Source: Chiloscyllium plagiosum (taxonomy: Eukaryota). Taken from it: 33,028 nt of DNA. A program made the position numbers and the translations under genes. Location: NCBI RefSeq assembly GCF_004010195.1, contig NW_025215378.1:72650-105677 (forward strand), read 5' to 3'. Positions 21,263-32,289 of the stretch are shown here, piece by piece. The notes under the pieces were generated by a model that made no database searches, had not been told where the DNA came from, and was given only the letters and a program-made list of their open reading frames with translations. Position 1 is the first letter of the stretch. Every line of letters begins with the position of its first letter.

Positions 21263-22269
21263 TATCATCCTGTATCGAGTGTCAGAAACAACAGGGAAAT
21301 GCTCTAATCCAACAATTCCACCCACATCAGCCTTTGAGAGGCTGGGTGTTCCAAACCCTCTAACAATCATTCATACTGACCTTCCCAGAATATTGTGAAC
21401 TCCCTCCCCTCCTCCCCCAGCCCATTGCAGAGTTGTGCTTTGTGACTGAGATCTGACCAAGCTGGGAGCAAGTTCGCTCAGGAAAGAGCAGCAAACTCAA
21501 TCCTTGTTTTTTTTTCCTGAGCTCTCTGGTGTCCTGGACCGTGTCCAAAACATTCTGACAAAAGCAGAAAGGAGCAGGGTTTGTGTTACATACAGCTGTG
21601 AGAGGGAAGGGTCATTTTTATCATGATACATTCAGACAGACACAACAGATTGACACCACTTAGCAACCAATAGAATTATTACTAACTCTGAAAAGACTAT
21701 AATTATAGATCATCTTTTAGTGTTTCCTGACATGTTCTGACACACCTCTGGGATTTGAACCTGGATCAGCTGTAAGGACATTACCACTGCATCACAAGAG
21801 CCCATGATGTATAATTGTGTACTAATTATTTGCTGTCAGAAGTGAAGCCTTTTTTCCATGAAGTCAAACCAGGGCCTCCCATTGCCCTCTCACATGGATA
21901 TAAAACATTTCCCATGGTCCCATGGCATAAAAGAGCAGGATGTAATCACCAATGGTCCTGACCAATAGTTTACCCACAATCCGCAGGACTGAGCCATTCC
22001 CTGTCACTCTGCTGCCCTCTAACAGGTTGCTGGGTGAAAGTTGGCTCCCATGTTTTCTGCATAACATCAATAGACACACTTCTATAAAGCTGTCGAGTGG
22101 ATTGGTGGATCCAGTGGTGGTGAGAGGTACTATATAAATGCAGGCTGTGTGTTTTAGGGGGAGTCACTGGGCCTTCCCTGAGACCTTTAGCTCAGCTTGT
22201 GGTCACGGTGTGTCCTGGAGGGAAGGGTGCTTAAAGAACGGCAGCATTCTCAGACGGAACAGAAAACCT

Positions 22270-22392
22270 GAAAGAACTGCAGATACTGGAAAACTGAAAC
22301 AGAAACAAAATTTGCTGGAGAATCTCAGCAGATCTGGCAGCATTGATGGAAACAAGAGTTAGTGTTTCGGTGTAGTGACCCTTCTGTGAATT
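22270..22392 (-). mobile_element. PLE-derived family C copy (degenerate)
   Basis: Reverse-complement similarity to 657-750 and 29020-29130. Confidence 0.7.
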
Positions 22393-22410
22393 CTGTAGAT
22401 GGGCCAGATC

Positions 22411-22615
22411 TAGAGTCATAGAGATGTACAGCACGGAAATAGACCCATTGGTCCAACTTGTCTATGCTGACCTGACATCCGAATCTAATCTAGTCCCGTT
22501 TGCCAGCACTTGGCCCCTATCCCTCTAAACCCTTCCTATTCATATACCCATCCAGATGCCTTTTAAATGTTGCAATTGTACCAGCCTCCACCACTTCCTC
22601 TGGCAGCTCATTCCA
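22411..22615 (-). mobile_element. CR1 (HER1-like) LINE 3' end
   Basis: Reverse complement of the family at 1-527 (WNELPEEVVEAGTIATFKRHLDGYM.., CTCTATGACTCT tail). Confidence 0.92.
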
Positions 22616-23162
22616 TTTTGACACTGATTTCCAACATACTCCACACTGTAATTGGAAGACCGCAGATCATCTCTCCGATGAGCAGAATGTTTACCTTTAG
22701 CTCTGTGGCTTCAGATCCAACGGGAGCTGCCTGAGGAAATTGTTGGGCCTTTGTAAACTGCGATAGGTTGAAATATCTACATATCCAACTGAGACATGTT
22801 AGATGGGATGAGTCTCTCTTTAAATTGGGCCATAATTTCACCATCAAACAGCCAATGAAAAGTCCATTCAGGACGAAATGACAATCCCAGACAGGCTTCT
22901 CCAGCTGCTCAGTCAGAATGCTGACCTTCCGGGAGCCTGGACTGTTTGCTTATCGGGCATTCCTTCTGTCTGCTCCCAACAAGTTGAGCATCGCTCGCAG
23001 GGCAAAGGTCAAATTCCCAGCAGGCCGTGAGGGGATTTCTCCTGGTTTGGGATGTTATCATTTCGTCGGCCACAGAGATAAGGTAAACATTCTGCTCATC
23101 GGAGAGATTATCAGCGGTCTTCCTTTTCCAGAGTGGAGTGTGTTGGAAATCAGTGTCAAAAT
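22615..23162. repeat. Long inverted repeat (about 95-bp arms, 360-bp spacer); putative foldback/MITE
   Basis: 22615-22709 ATTTTGACACTGATTTCCAACATACTCCAC..CTCCGATGAGCAGAATGTTTACCTT..CTCTGTGGC is the reverse complement of 23069-23162. Confidence 0.85.
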
Positions 23163-23235
23163 CGGTGCAGAAGCTGGCCCCATTATTCAGACACTCAATA
23201 GAAATCGGTTGAAGCAGCCAGGCCTTATGAGGTCA

Positions 23236-23436
23236 GGAGAAAGTGAGCACTGCAGATGTTGGAGATTAGAGTCAAAATGTGTGGCGCTGGAAAAGCACAG
23301 CAGGTCAGGCAGCATCCAAGGAGCAGGAGAGTCGACATTTCGGGCATAAGTTGATGAAAGGCTTATGCTTGAAACGCCAACTCTCCTGCTTCTCGAATGC
23401 TGCCTGACCAGCTGTGCTTTCCCAGTGCCACTCTTT
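23236..23436. mobile_element. PLE-derived family A inverted pair
   Basis: Minus arm ends TTTCGGGCATAAG (~23350); plus arm begins TGATGAAAGGCTTATGCTTGAAACG. Confidence 0.82.
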
Positions 23437-23706
23437 TTAAGGCCTTCTGAATCACTAGAGTTAGTGATTTTCTGCATGTTTTCTTGGCTTGCTTTCTTTT
23501 ATTTTGAAGACAGATTCATTGACAGCTACAGAAAGAGACCACACCATTAGGCTCACCTGGTTTGTGTTTGTGTTGGTGGTAGATGCAGAGAGATTGTTTC
23601 CTCTTGTGTCTAGGACCAGGGAGAGGTGTCTCAGAATAAAGGGTCACACATATAAGGCAGAGATGGTGAATACATGAGAGTATGTATCAATGATTCTGAT
23701 GCTGAG

Positions 23707-23873
23707 ATTGGACCAGGGTGGACAAAGTCAGAAGTCACATGACACCAGGTTATCGTCCAATAGGTGTATTTGAAACCACCAGCTTTCGGACATTCACCTG
23801 ATGAAGGGGGCTCCGAAGGCTTGTGATTTCAAATGAACCTGTTGGACCTTAACCTGGTATCATGTGACTTCTC
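23707..23873. mobile_element. PLE-derived family B inverted pair
   Basis: AGAAGTCACATGACACCAGGTTA..AGCTTTCGGA, then TCACCTGATGAAGG..CTCCGAAGGCTTGTGA..TAACCTGGTATCATGTGACTTCT. Confidence 0.82.
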
Positions 23874-23884
23874 AATTATTCTGA

Positions 23885-24090
23885 ATCACAGGACGAGTGC
23901 GGTTCCACACAGATCCGTACTGTCAGACTTTCACAATCTATATCAACGATAGAAGTGAAGATGTGAGAGCTACATTTGCTGATGACCCAGAGGTATGTTG
24001 TGACGAGGATGTAGGATGTTGCACCTGGATAAACCAAAGGGTAAGTCAGTGGGCAAAAATCTGGCAGTTGGGGTATAATGTGAGAAGATG
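23885..24090 (+). mobile_element. Highly degenerate CR1 RT fragment
   Basis: FTIYIND..ATFADD..INQRVSQWAKIWQLGYNVRRC. Confidence 0.65.
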
Positions 24091-24150
24091 TTCCCTTTGT
24101 CAGGAATTCCTTCTCTCCAAGGGGAGTGGAATACGTCACTGTAGGGGGTT

Positions 24151-24465
24151 CATAGAATCCCTACAGTGTGAAAGCAGGCCCTTCAGCCCAACGAGTCCAC
24201 ACCGACCCTCAAAGGAGTAACCCACTCAGACCCATTCCCCAATATTTACCTCAACTAATGTACCTAACCTATACATCCCTGAACACTATAGGTAATTTAG
24301 CATGGCCAATCCACCTACACATTTTTTGGACTGTGGGAGGAAACCCACGCAGACACAGGGAGAACGTGCAAACTCCACACAGACAGTCTCCTGAGGTTGG
24401 AATCGAACCCGGGTCCCTGGTGCTGTGAGGCAGCAGTGCTAACCTCTGAGCCACCGTACCACCCC
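24151..24465 (-). mobile_element. HE1-like SINE
   Basis: A box TGGCTCAGAGG, B box GGTTCGATTCC, V-domain and CR1-like tail GGGATTCTATG. Confidence 0.9.
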
Positions 24466-24630
24466 AGTTATTGAGGCTGGCTCTTTAAGTGCATTCAATG
24501 CTGTGATAGACAGATTTTCAATTCGAGAGGGAGTCAAGGGTTACAGGGAAAAGGCAGGAATATGGAGTTGAGGGCGATCAAGTCAGACTCGATGAGCTGA
24601 ATGGCCTACTTTCACTCCTTTGTCTTATTG
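24466..24630 (+). mobile_element. CR1 3' end fragment
   Basis: GAGGCTGG..TTCAATGCTGTGATAGACAGATTTT..GAGCTGAATGGCCTACT. Confidence 0.7.
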
Positions 24631-25599
24631 AGGTAAAGGAGATGTATACCTTGCCTTTGATATCCTGGCTTTGATCAGAGGAACATTCAAAAGATTAATA
24701 TTTTAATCCAGAAGATTTGAGATGAGACAAGGAAGACTGGGAACTTCCCTCCTCACTCTCTCCAACAACAGATCCCTCACCTTTTACTGGAACCTGGAAC
24801 TGCCTGGAAGGTTCACGTTACAAAGTGCTTAAATATAAACAACATCTGAATGTAATCTTTGTATATTGCTTTACAGGGAAACAAGTCCTGTCTTTTTAAA
24901 TCTGTCTCCTGGGCTGTGAGTTACCCTCAGGCTTCTAGACTCGATAAGAAAGGGGCATAAATGGACTGTGTTTCGATTTTCAGCTGGAGTGCTTGCTGGA
25001 GGGAGCTTGGGCTGATTTATGTGTGATGGCGTATTTAAGCTGAAGCTTAAGGGAGCGTCCCTTGGCTGACACAATCAGAATTAATTTAACTTGCTCGGCA
25101 CCAATTAATCCTGACTGTAATGGAACAAAGCTGAAACTGAAAATAAAACCAGCATTGATTCAACATCTTTAGAGGTGACCATGGAGGCATCAATTGGACA
25201 CATTGCGCTGTCTGACATCGCTGTTACACTGAGTCCTCAACAGAACCCGAGTGAATTCTCCCACTTTTACACTTGTAATCCTTTTGGTTACTGAAGGTCA
25301 AACTAATGTGCTTTTTTTATTACAATGCTGGTAACCCACAACAGTTCCTGCTGTTTCAGGAAGTAATTGCAAACAATAAAACTGCAATTCGATTTACAGA
25401 TGAGCAGCCTCTGGGTTAAAATGGGCAGCCTCAAAACAAATTGAAATTCAAATGCATTCCAATCGTGGTCACCCCCTAAATATTGGGAAAAGGTAGGAAA
25501 CCATTCAGCCCCTCTAGACTAGCCCGAGACTCGGGAGATCCTGGCCAATACACGTCTCAGCTCCACGTACCCAACTTCAATCTTTGTCCATAAGACCTG

Positions 25600-26255
25600 G
25601 CCATGTCAGAACAGAAGGTGACCATTCAGCCCATCAAATCTGCTTCGCCATTCAACAAGGTCAAGAGGGATCTGACCACCCTCAACTCCTCTTTCCAGCC
25701 GTTTCCCCAGACCCCTGATTCCATTCCCGATTAAAATCTATTTCAACCTTGAATACACTCAATGTATGATAGGGGAAAGAATAAAAGGGAACCTGAGGGA
25801 TGACAGAGGGTGGTTCACATATGGAAGGAGCTGCCACTGGAAGTGGTTAAGGTGGGTGCATTAACAACATTGAAAAGGCATTTGGACAAATCCATGGATA
25901 GGAAAGGTTTTGAATGATATGGACTAAGTGCAGGGAAATGAGGTTAGCGTGGATGGACATTTTGGTCAGCATGGACCAGTTTGGGCCAAGTGGCTTGTCT
26001 CTGTGCTGTTGGACTCTTTGAATCTATAACTCCATGACCCAGCCTCAACAACTCTCTATGGTAAAGAATTCCACAGATTCACTCCTTTCTGAGAGAAGAA
26101 ATTCCTCCTCATCTCTGTCTAAAACGTGCAACTCCTTAATGTGAGATTACTCCATCTGGTCCTAGACTCCCCCAGAAGGGGAAACAGCCTCTCCACATCT
26201 CCTCAGTCAAGTCCACCTAAGAATCCTGTATGTGTCAACAAGGTCACCTCTCATT
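25600..26255 (-). mobile_element. CR1 3' end (minus) interrupted by a plus-strand CR1 3' end at ~25765-26031
   Basis: Minus-strand 3'UTR at 25600-25763 resumes at ~26033 (ATGACCCAGCCTCAACA..GAGAAGAAATTCCTCCTCATCTC); the insert reads RVVHIWKELPLEVVKVGALTTLKRHLDK. Confidence 0.78.
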
Positions 26256-26559
26256 TAGATAGATAGAGTCCCTACAGTGTGGAAACAGGCCTTTCGGCCC
26301 AACAAGTCTACACTGACCCTCTGAAGGGTAACCCATCCAGACCCATTTCCCTCTGACTAATGCTACAGGCAATTTAACTTTGCCAATTCACCATAACCTA
26401 CACATCTTTGGACTGTGGGAGGAAACCGGAGCACCCGGAGGAAACCCACGCAGACACGGGGAGAATGTGCAAACTCCACACAGACAGTCACCCGAGGCTG
26501 GAATCGAACCTAGGACCTTGGTGCTGTGTGGTAGCAGTGGTAACCACTGAGCCACCGTG
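26256..26559 (-). mobile_element. HE1-like SINE
   Basis: A box TGGCTCAGTGG, B box GGTTCGATTCC, V-domain and (CTAT)n tail. Confidence 0.9.
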
Positions 26560-26989
26560 ATTTTCTTTCCCCAAGACATTCTGAGAGTCGGGGTTTCAAT
26601 GACAGTGGTCACAGTGCTGATGGTATTCTGCTGAGGACACCCCTTGCCCCCGTCTCAGACAGGACGCCCCTTTAAATACGCAAATGCAGGATTGCCACAT
26701 TGGTGTTGGGACCTGTGAGCTACCATTGGTCCTGGAGTGCTGGCAGGAAGGTGAGATTTGCATTCACATAGCGCCTTGCATCTCCCTGGGACTTTGCAAT
26801 GCCTCTCGGCCAGTGTGATGCTTTTGAAGAGTGGGGCCACAGCTGTTATTCAGGAAGTGCAGCTGCCTACCTACGCTCAGCAACGTCGCATGTACGGCTT
26901 TGAGACGCTGATCAGATAATGAGGAGCGCCGTTTCAGGAAGGCCTCAGAAAACCGGGAAGGGTTCCCCAACTCTATGGGATCCTGGAAT

Positions 26990-27355
26990 TTAAAACAATG
27001 AGGGAAGGTCAAATGGAGGTATTCATGATGACAAAAGGTTTGGAGAAAATAGACATGGAGCGGATGCTTCCTCTTGTGGGCATTCTGGGGAATTTTGAGC
27101 AAATTTATAACAGAGTCAAGAAGAAATTACTTCTCCCGAAGGGTTGTGGATCTGTGGAATTTGCTACCTCATATTGAGGTGGATGCTGGAACAGTGAGTA
27201 AATTTACGGAGGAGTAAGACAGATTTTAAATTGGTAATGTGTTGAAGGGATATGGAGAGAAGGCAGGAAAATGGGGGTGAGGAGTAGATCAGCCATGATC
27301 GAATGGCAGAGCAGACTCGATGGGCCGAATGGCCTAATTCGGCTCCTATATCTTA
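26990..27355 (+). mobile_element. CR1 3' fragment
   Basis: KGLEKIDMERMLPLVG..RRNYFSRRVVDLWNLLP..; 3'UTR GATGGGCCGAATGGCCTAATTCGGCTCCTATATCTTA. Confidence 0.8.
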
Positions 27356-27849
27356 AACAACCCTCTCAGAGGTAGTTGTTGACTCCCCTATTTCTCACAT
27401 CCCTCAGAATTTACAATACAGCAGTCCCTGTCTGGAATGACAACGGTCACTCCTGAATAATGGGCTGTGCATTGAGTGCGCCACGTGTTTCTGATCAGAC
27501 TCAGGATGGTTTTGCACTTTTAGTTTCCTCTGATAGTTGATGATGCACACAGCAGGGTGGAGAGGCTTTCGATTTCACTGCTGTCATTGTCCCTGCACCA
27601 GGCAGAATCCCAGACTGTCAATAAAACCCATCAGGCATGACCATGTACAGCTGCTAAACGCACTCTCTCACCTCCTGAAATCAGTGGCTGTGTTATTAGC
27701 CATCTGAGTTTAAAGCAATATTTTCACAGTCACGGTGAGATACCAGGGTCACTGGCTTTTGGGAATATAAATATGGTAGCATTTACAGGGTCATTAAAGA
27801 GGTCAGAACCCAACAGAAAGTCAGAGGATAATGTGGAACTGTGCAAAAC

Positions 27850-27982
27850 AACATTGTGGGTCAACCCACAGCACATGGACTGCAGACGTTCAAAAAGACA
27901 GCTCACCCCCACCTTCTCAAGGGGCAACTAGGGACGGGGCAATAAATGCTGGATCAGCCAGCGACACTCATATCCACAAGTA
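27850..27982 (+). mobile_element. Non-LTR 3' end (family of 10960-11320)
   Basis: CATGGACTGCAGACGTTCAAAAAGACAGCTCACCCCCACCTTCTCAAGGGGCAACTAGGGA..AATAAATGCTGG. Confidence 0.75.
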
Positions 27983-28719
27983 AATATGAAATAATTAACT
28001 GCAGCTCACATGAATATACAAATCAGGGAGAGGTGAAAGATTATCAGGGATATGCAGAACGTAGAGTACAGTGAGTCATAGAGATGTACAACATGAAAAC
28101 AGATCCTTTGGTCTAAATGCCGACCATTAATCTAATCCCATTTGGCCCATATCCCTCGAGACCATTAGATCAGCCATGATCTTATTAAATGGGGGCACAG
28201 GCTGGAGGGGCTGAATGGCCTACTCCTGTTCTTTGTTTATACAAATTAGAAGAAGGAACAGGGCTGTTCAGCCCTTCCCCATACTATACCATTGTGCCTG
28301 ATCTGATTGTAGCCTGTCATCCTCCCCGTAACCTTTGACCCTACTGTGAGTCAAGAACCTCTCTCCTTGTGCCTGAACACAGCAGGAGGTGAATGGAGGG
28401 ACTCGGAGAGACTCCCACATGGCTCAGGGGTGAGAGTGTACCATCCACTGAACCACATGCAACTCTGATAATCACCAGCTCTGCTTGGGACAGTCGCTTT
28501 CTGGCTGGAGAATTCCCCAGCGCAATGATTACCCTCGTTTATGGCCCTCTCGCTGTGGTGTAGCACCTTCTTACCAAATACATCAACACGCCCTGTAACC
28601 CTTACACTGGGCACCATGTCATCACGCCCTGTAACCCCTACACTGTGCGCCAGTTCAACACCATGTGCGATTTACAACATTTGAGCTCCATCGGAGGTCG
28701 TTCTCAGTCTTATCTTCCC

Positions 28720-29017
28720 ATAGGAACACTGAATCCCATTTGGCCTACTGAGTCTGCACTAACCCTCTGAACAGCATCCCACCCAGACCCCTATCCCATC
28801 CCCATAACCCCAAAACCCCACACTCCGACACATCCCTGAACACTATGGACAATTTCCCAGGGCCAATCCACCCTAACCTGCACATCTTTGGACTGTGCGA
28901 GGAAACCGGAGCACCCAGAGGAAACCCACACAGACACGGGGAGAACGACTACAGAGGCTGAAATCAAACACAGCTCCCTGGTGCTGTGAGGCAGCAGTGC
29001 TAACCACTGAGCCACTG
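28720..29017 (-). mobile_element. HE1-like SINE
   Basis: Minus strand GTGGCTCAGTGGTTAGCACTGCTGCCTCACAGCACCAGGG plus V-domain. Confidence 0.85.
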
Positions 29018-29019
29018 TT

Positions 29020-29130
29020 ACTGGACCCAAAACATGATCTCTGTTTCTCTCTCCACAGATGCTGCCAGACCTGCTGAGTTTCTCCAGCCATTTCTGTTTT
29101 TGTTTCAGATTTCCAGCACCCACAGTTCTT
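29020..29130 (+). mobile_element. PLE-derived family C copy
   Basis: CTCTCCACAGATGCTGCCAGACCTGCTGAGTTTCTCCAGC..TTTCAGATTTCCAGCA. Confidence 0.75.
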
Positions 29131-30239
29131 TGGTTTTTTTTGAGTTGAGTCTGTCTTAGAGAGGACAGTGTTGAATTTGAGGGAGTTTCAGAGCATGAGG
29201 AAGAGCCGGCTGAAAGCGGGGGAAGGAAATGAAGGTGGACAGAATTCGAAAGATTATGAGGTTCATTCAGTGCTCTGATTATTCCACTGCCCAGAATCTG
29301 TGCAGATGGTTCCAGTGTGGTCAGGACCTACACAAAAACACATTGCTAAGGTCCTGTGAGCTGTTTTTGCCAAACATGCGAGGACGCCACATCCAAACAC
29401 AAGGAGCTCTCATTCACAGAAGGAAACGCTTTGTATTGCGTCAATTCTATTTTGAATAATGAATAACGGCACTATGTAGGGTTGTTGCCAGATACACAAA
29501 TCTCCGAGTTCAGATTACACTGTAAACCAGTTGAGTTGTAATAAACCCATTCTGATTTATGCTTACATCTGAGGGCCCTCCATTGTGCAGCTTTCCTCTC
29601 AACCCATTCACAGCTGTCTCTCACTGTTTATATGTACCATATCTATCCTTTGTTTACGCTGTGACAAATACTTGCATAAATGTGAGTGTTGAGTTCATCT
29701 CAACAATATCATGCTCCTTCTCCCCCACTTGCCCTCTGACTTCACACGTAGTTTGTAATGTTTTCCAACAGAGAAACGAGTTTAATTCTGGGACTAACAC
29801 GTAGATCTTGGAGTGGAGAGTTGAGTTTGAAAACAGCTGCTGTGTCATATGTCTTCGAGGTCTGTGATAAAGCACCACCAGTCAAAATAAAATATTTCAA
29901 CTCCAGTTAGTCCCCTCTTGCTGATATTTTAACAACCACGCCAACCTCTCCTGGCTCAAATCAAGTGCTTGTTGCTGAATTGTTTCCCTTTGTGGAAGAT
30001 GGATCTTTACAAACAGAGCTGACAGCAAAGTGCCTGTTAGACAGTCTCCTTCACCACACACAGAGTCAGTGACATATAGCAGCTGGAGAGACCATACTTA
30101 GCTCCTGACTCAGACTGTGGCTGACTTCAGGTGACTGAATCCAGGGCAAACACAGCTGCTCGCTTCTGCAGTGTAACCACAAGCTGACCCCACCACGGTC
30201 ACACATCGGTACGCACTGCGGCACCAGGTGGGAGTCAAA

Positions 30240-30705
30240 CCTGGCCATTCAGCCCTTCGAGCCTGTTCAGCCTCCCAGTGAGATCATGGCTCAACGTCTA
30301 TTTCCTGCCTTTTTCCCAGAGTCCTCGGCTGCCTTCCTGAATAAACATCTGTCTGTTTCAGCCCTGAATGTATTTAATGACCCAGCCTCAGCCCTCTGTG
30401 GGAGAAAAGAAATTCCTCCTCATCTCTGCCTTCACTGTATGACCCCTTTTTCTGTGATGTTGCTGTCTGGACCTAGAATTTCCCAAAAGGGATATAACCT
30501 TTCACCATCGACCAAGTCAAGCTCCCTAAGTATCGTGTGTGTTTCAATAATGTGCATGGTATCACAAGGGATAGGGGAGGAGGAGGCCATTCAGCCCCTC
30601 GAGCCTGTTCCATCATTCAATAGGATCTTGGCTGATCTGATATTCCTCACACCTACTGTCCCCCTCGATTCCCCAAATGTTCAAGGGTCCACCTCAGCCT
30701 TAAAT
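30240..30705 (-). mobile_element. Two degenerate CR1 3' ends
   Basis: GGCCATTCAGCCC(T/C)TCGAGCCTGTTC at ~30244 and ~30585, the reverse complement of a CR1 3'UTR. Confidence 0.7.
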
Positions 30706-30984
30706 CGTCACTCATTCTTCTAGCAGCAGAGTCAGCGCTGGCCCAGGGAAGACCCTTATGTAGCCGAGGGGAAGGGGGTGTTTCTGAACGGACCGAGAGC
30801 TGGGCCCACAGGAACAGCAGGGCCCTAAGGCTCCAGTCTGAGGTTGAAGATCCTGACCCTGGATCCTCACAGCAGAAGGAAAATGGCAGCATCATTAGGG
30901 AGTGTATCACCATGGCGATCAACAGCTCGGCAACGGCTTGGCAACGGCTCAGCAACTGGTACCAACACCGAAACCCAACAGCAC

Positions 30985-31160
30985 CCATTCACAGGGCAAC
31001 CACCCCACAGTCACAGAGACACCCCCTCCCACAGTCACAGAGAGACACCCATGGTCATAGGGAGACCCCCTGTGGGGGGGTGGGGTCACAGGAACAAGGT
31101 CACAGGAACACCCCTCCATGGTCACAGGAAGACCCCCACAGTCACAGGGAGACCTGTCCC
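30985..31160 (+). repeat. Degenerate ~21-bp tandem repeat (CCCCCACAGTCACAGGGAGAC-like)
   Basis: Recurring GTCACAG(G/A)GA..CCCC units. Confidence 0.75.
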
Positions 31161-32039
31161 TCCCCTAACATCATAAGCCATTTAACGAACTGCTATTCAC
31201 TGCCATGTCTTCTGCTATTGCAAATATCCTGAAGCCAATACATCATTGGCTGAGAGGTGCCTCTGGACACCCTGAGGTGGTAAAAGGTGCTTTGAAAGTG
31301 CAAGTCTGTTTTATCTCCATCAAACACATGGCACCAATCCAAATAAATAGCTGTTTCCCTCAGGAGCTGCCCCCTGACCTGCTGTGAATTGCCTCTCTCC
31401 CCAGGGGGATATTAATGAAGTGTGTTCGGTGGAGTCAACGGCTGTTGTGACAAATAGAGAGAGAGAGTCCTTCCAAAGCTGTGCAGCAGATATTGTGCAT
31501 AGAGCTTACAGATTATCCCGAGAGCTGGAGGGGTTTGGGAACAGATATTCCTGAAGACCACGTGTGATTGATGGCACAGTGGGGAACAATGAAAGACAGG
31601 CGACAGCGAGAGACAGAGGGAGGAAGTGAAAGGCTCGTTTCCCCATTTGCAACAAACTCAATGTCTCACTTTCATGTTTACATCTTCTTTTAGTTTTAAC
31701 TCAGTCATTGCACTTGGTGCTAACAACAATGCCAGCCTGCATTTTCATAGCGCCTTTAACAAGTGTCTCTGGACATTTCCCGGGAGCTTTTCTATGCAGC
31801 TTAATCAAACCGGTGGCAGGGAATGAAGGAAGGTAGCAAATAGGTGTCTGAGAAGGTCTTAAAGGAGGTGGGAAGGTGGAGATTGTAAGGGGGAATTCTA
31901 GAACTCGGGGTCCAGGTAGCTGAAGGCGATTTAAAACAGAACTCCTGAGGAAAGCAGAATCAGAGGGACACAGTGATCTCCAAGAGCTGGAAGAGGTCAC
32001 ACAGAAAGGAATTTGAACTCAAAGGTGAACATTTTGAAC

Positions 32040-32137
32040 GGAAACAAGATTGTTGGAGAAACTCAGCTGGTCTGGCAGCACCCCTAGGGAGAGAGAGAGA
32101 GAGAGTAGAGTTGATGTTTCGGACTCTTCTTCAGAAC
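32040..32137 (-). mobile_element. PLE-derived family C copy with (GA)n expansion
   Basis: Minus strand GTT-CTGAAGA-AGAGTCC-GAAACATC-AAC, then (CT)n..TGCTGCCAGACCAGCTGAG. Confidence 0.65.
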
Positions 32138-32289
32138 TCAATATTTTGAAGTCAGGCTGTTACTGAACCAGGGAGCAGTGTAGATCAGTGAACACCCAGC
32201 AGGGCAGGGGAGTGGGATTTAGTGTGCATTAATCCCCACAGAGGGGTGCAAGGAGGGAGTCTGGCCAGGACAGCGTTAGGATAAAAGTT

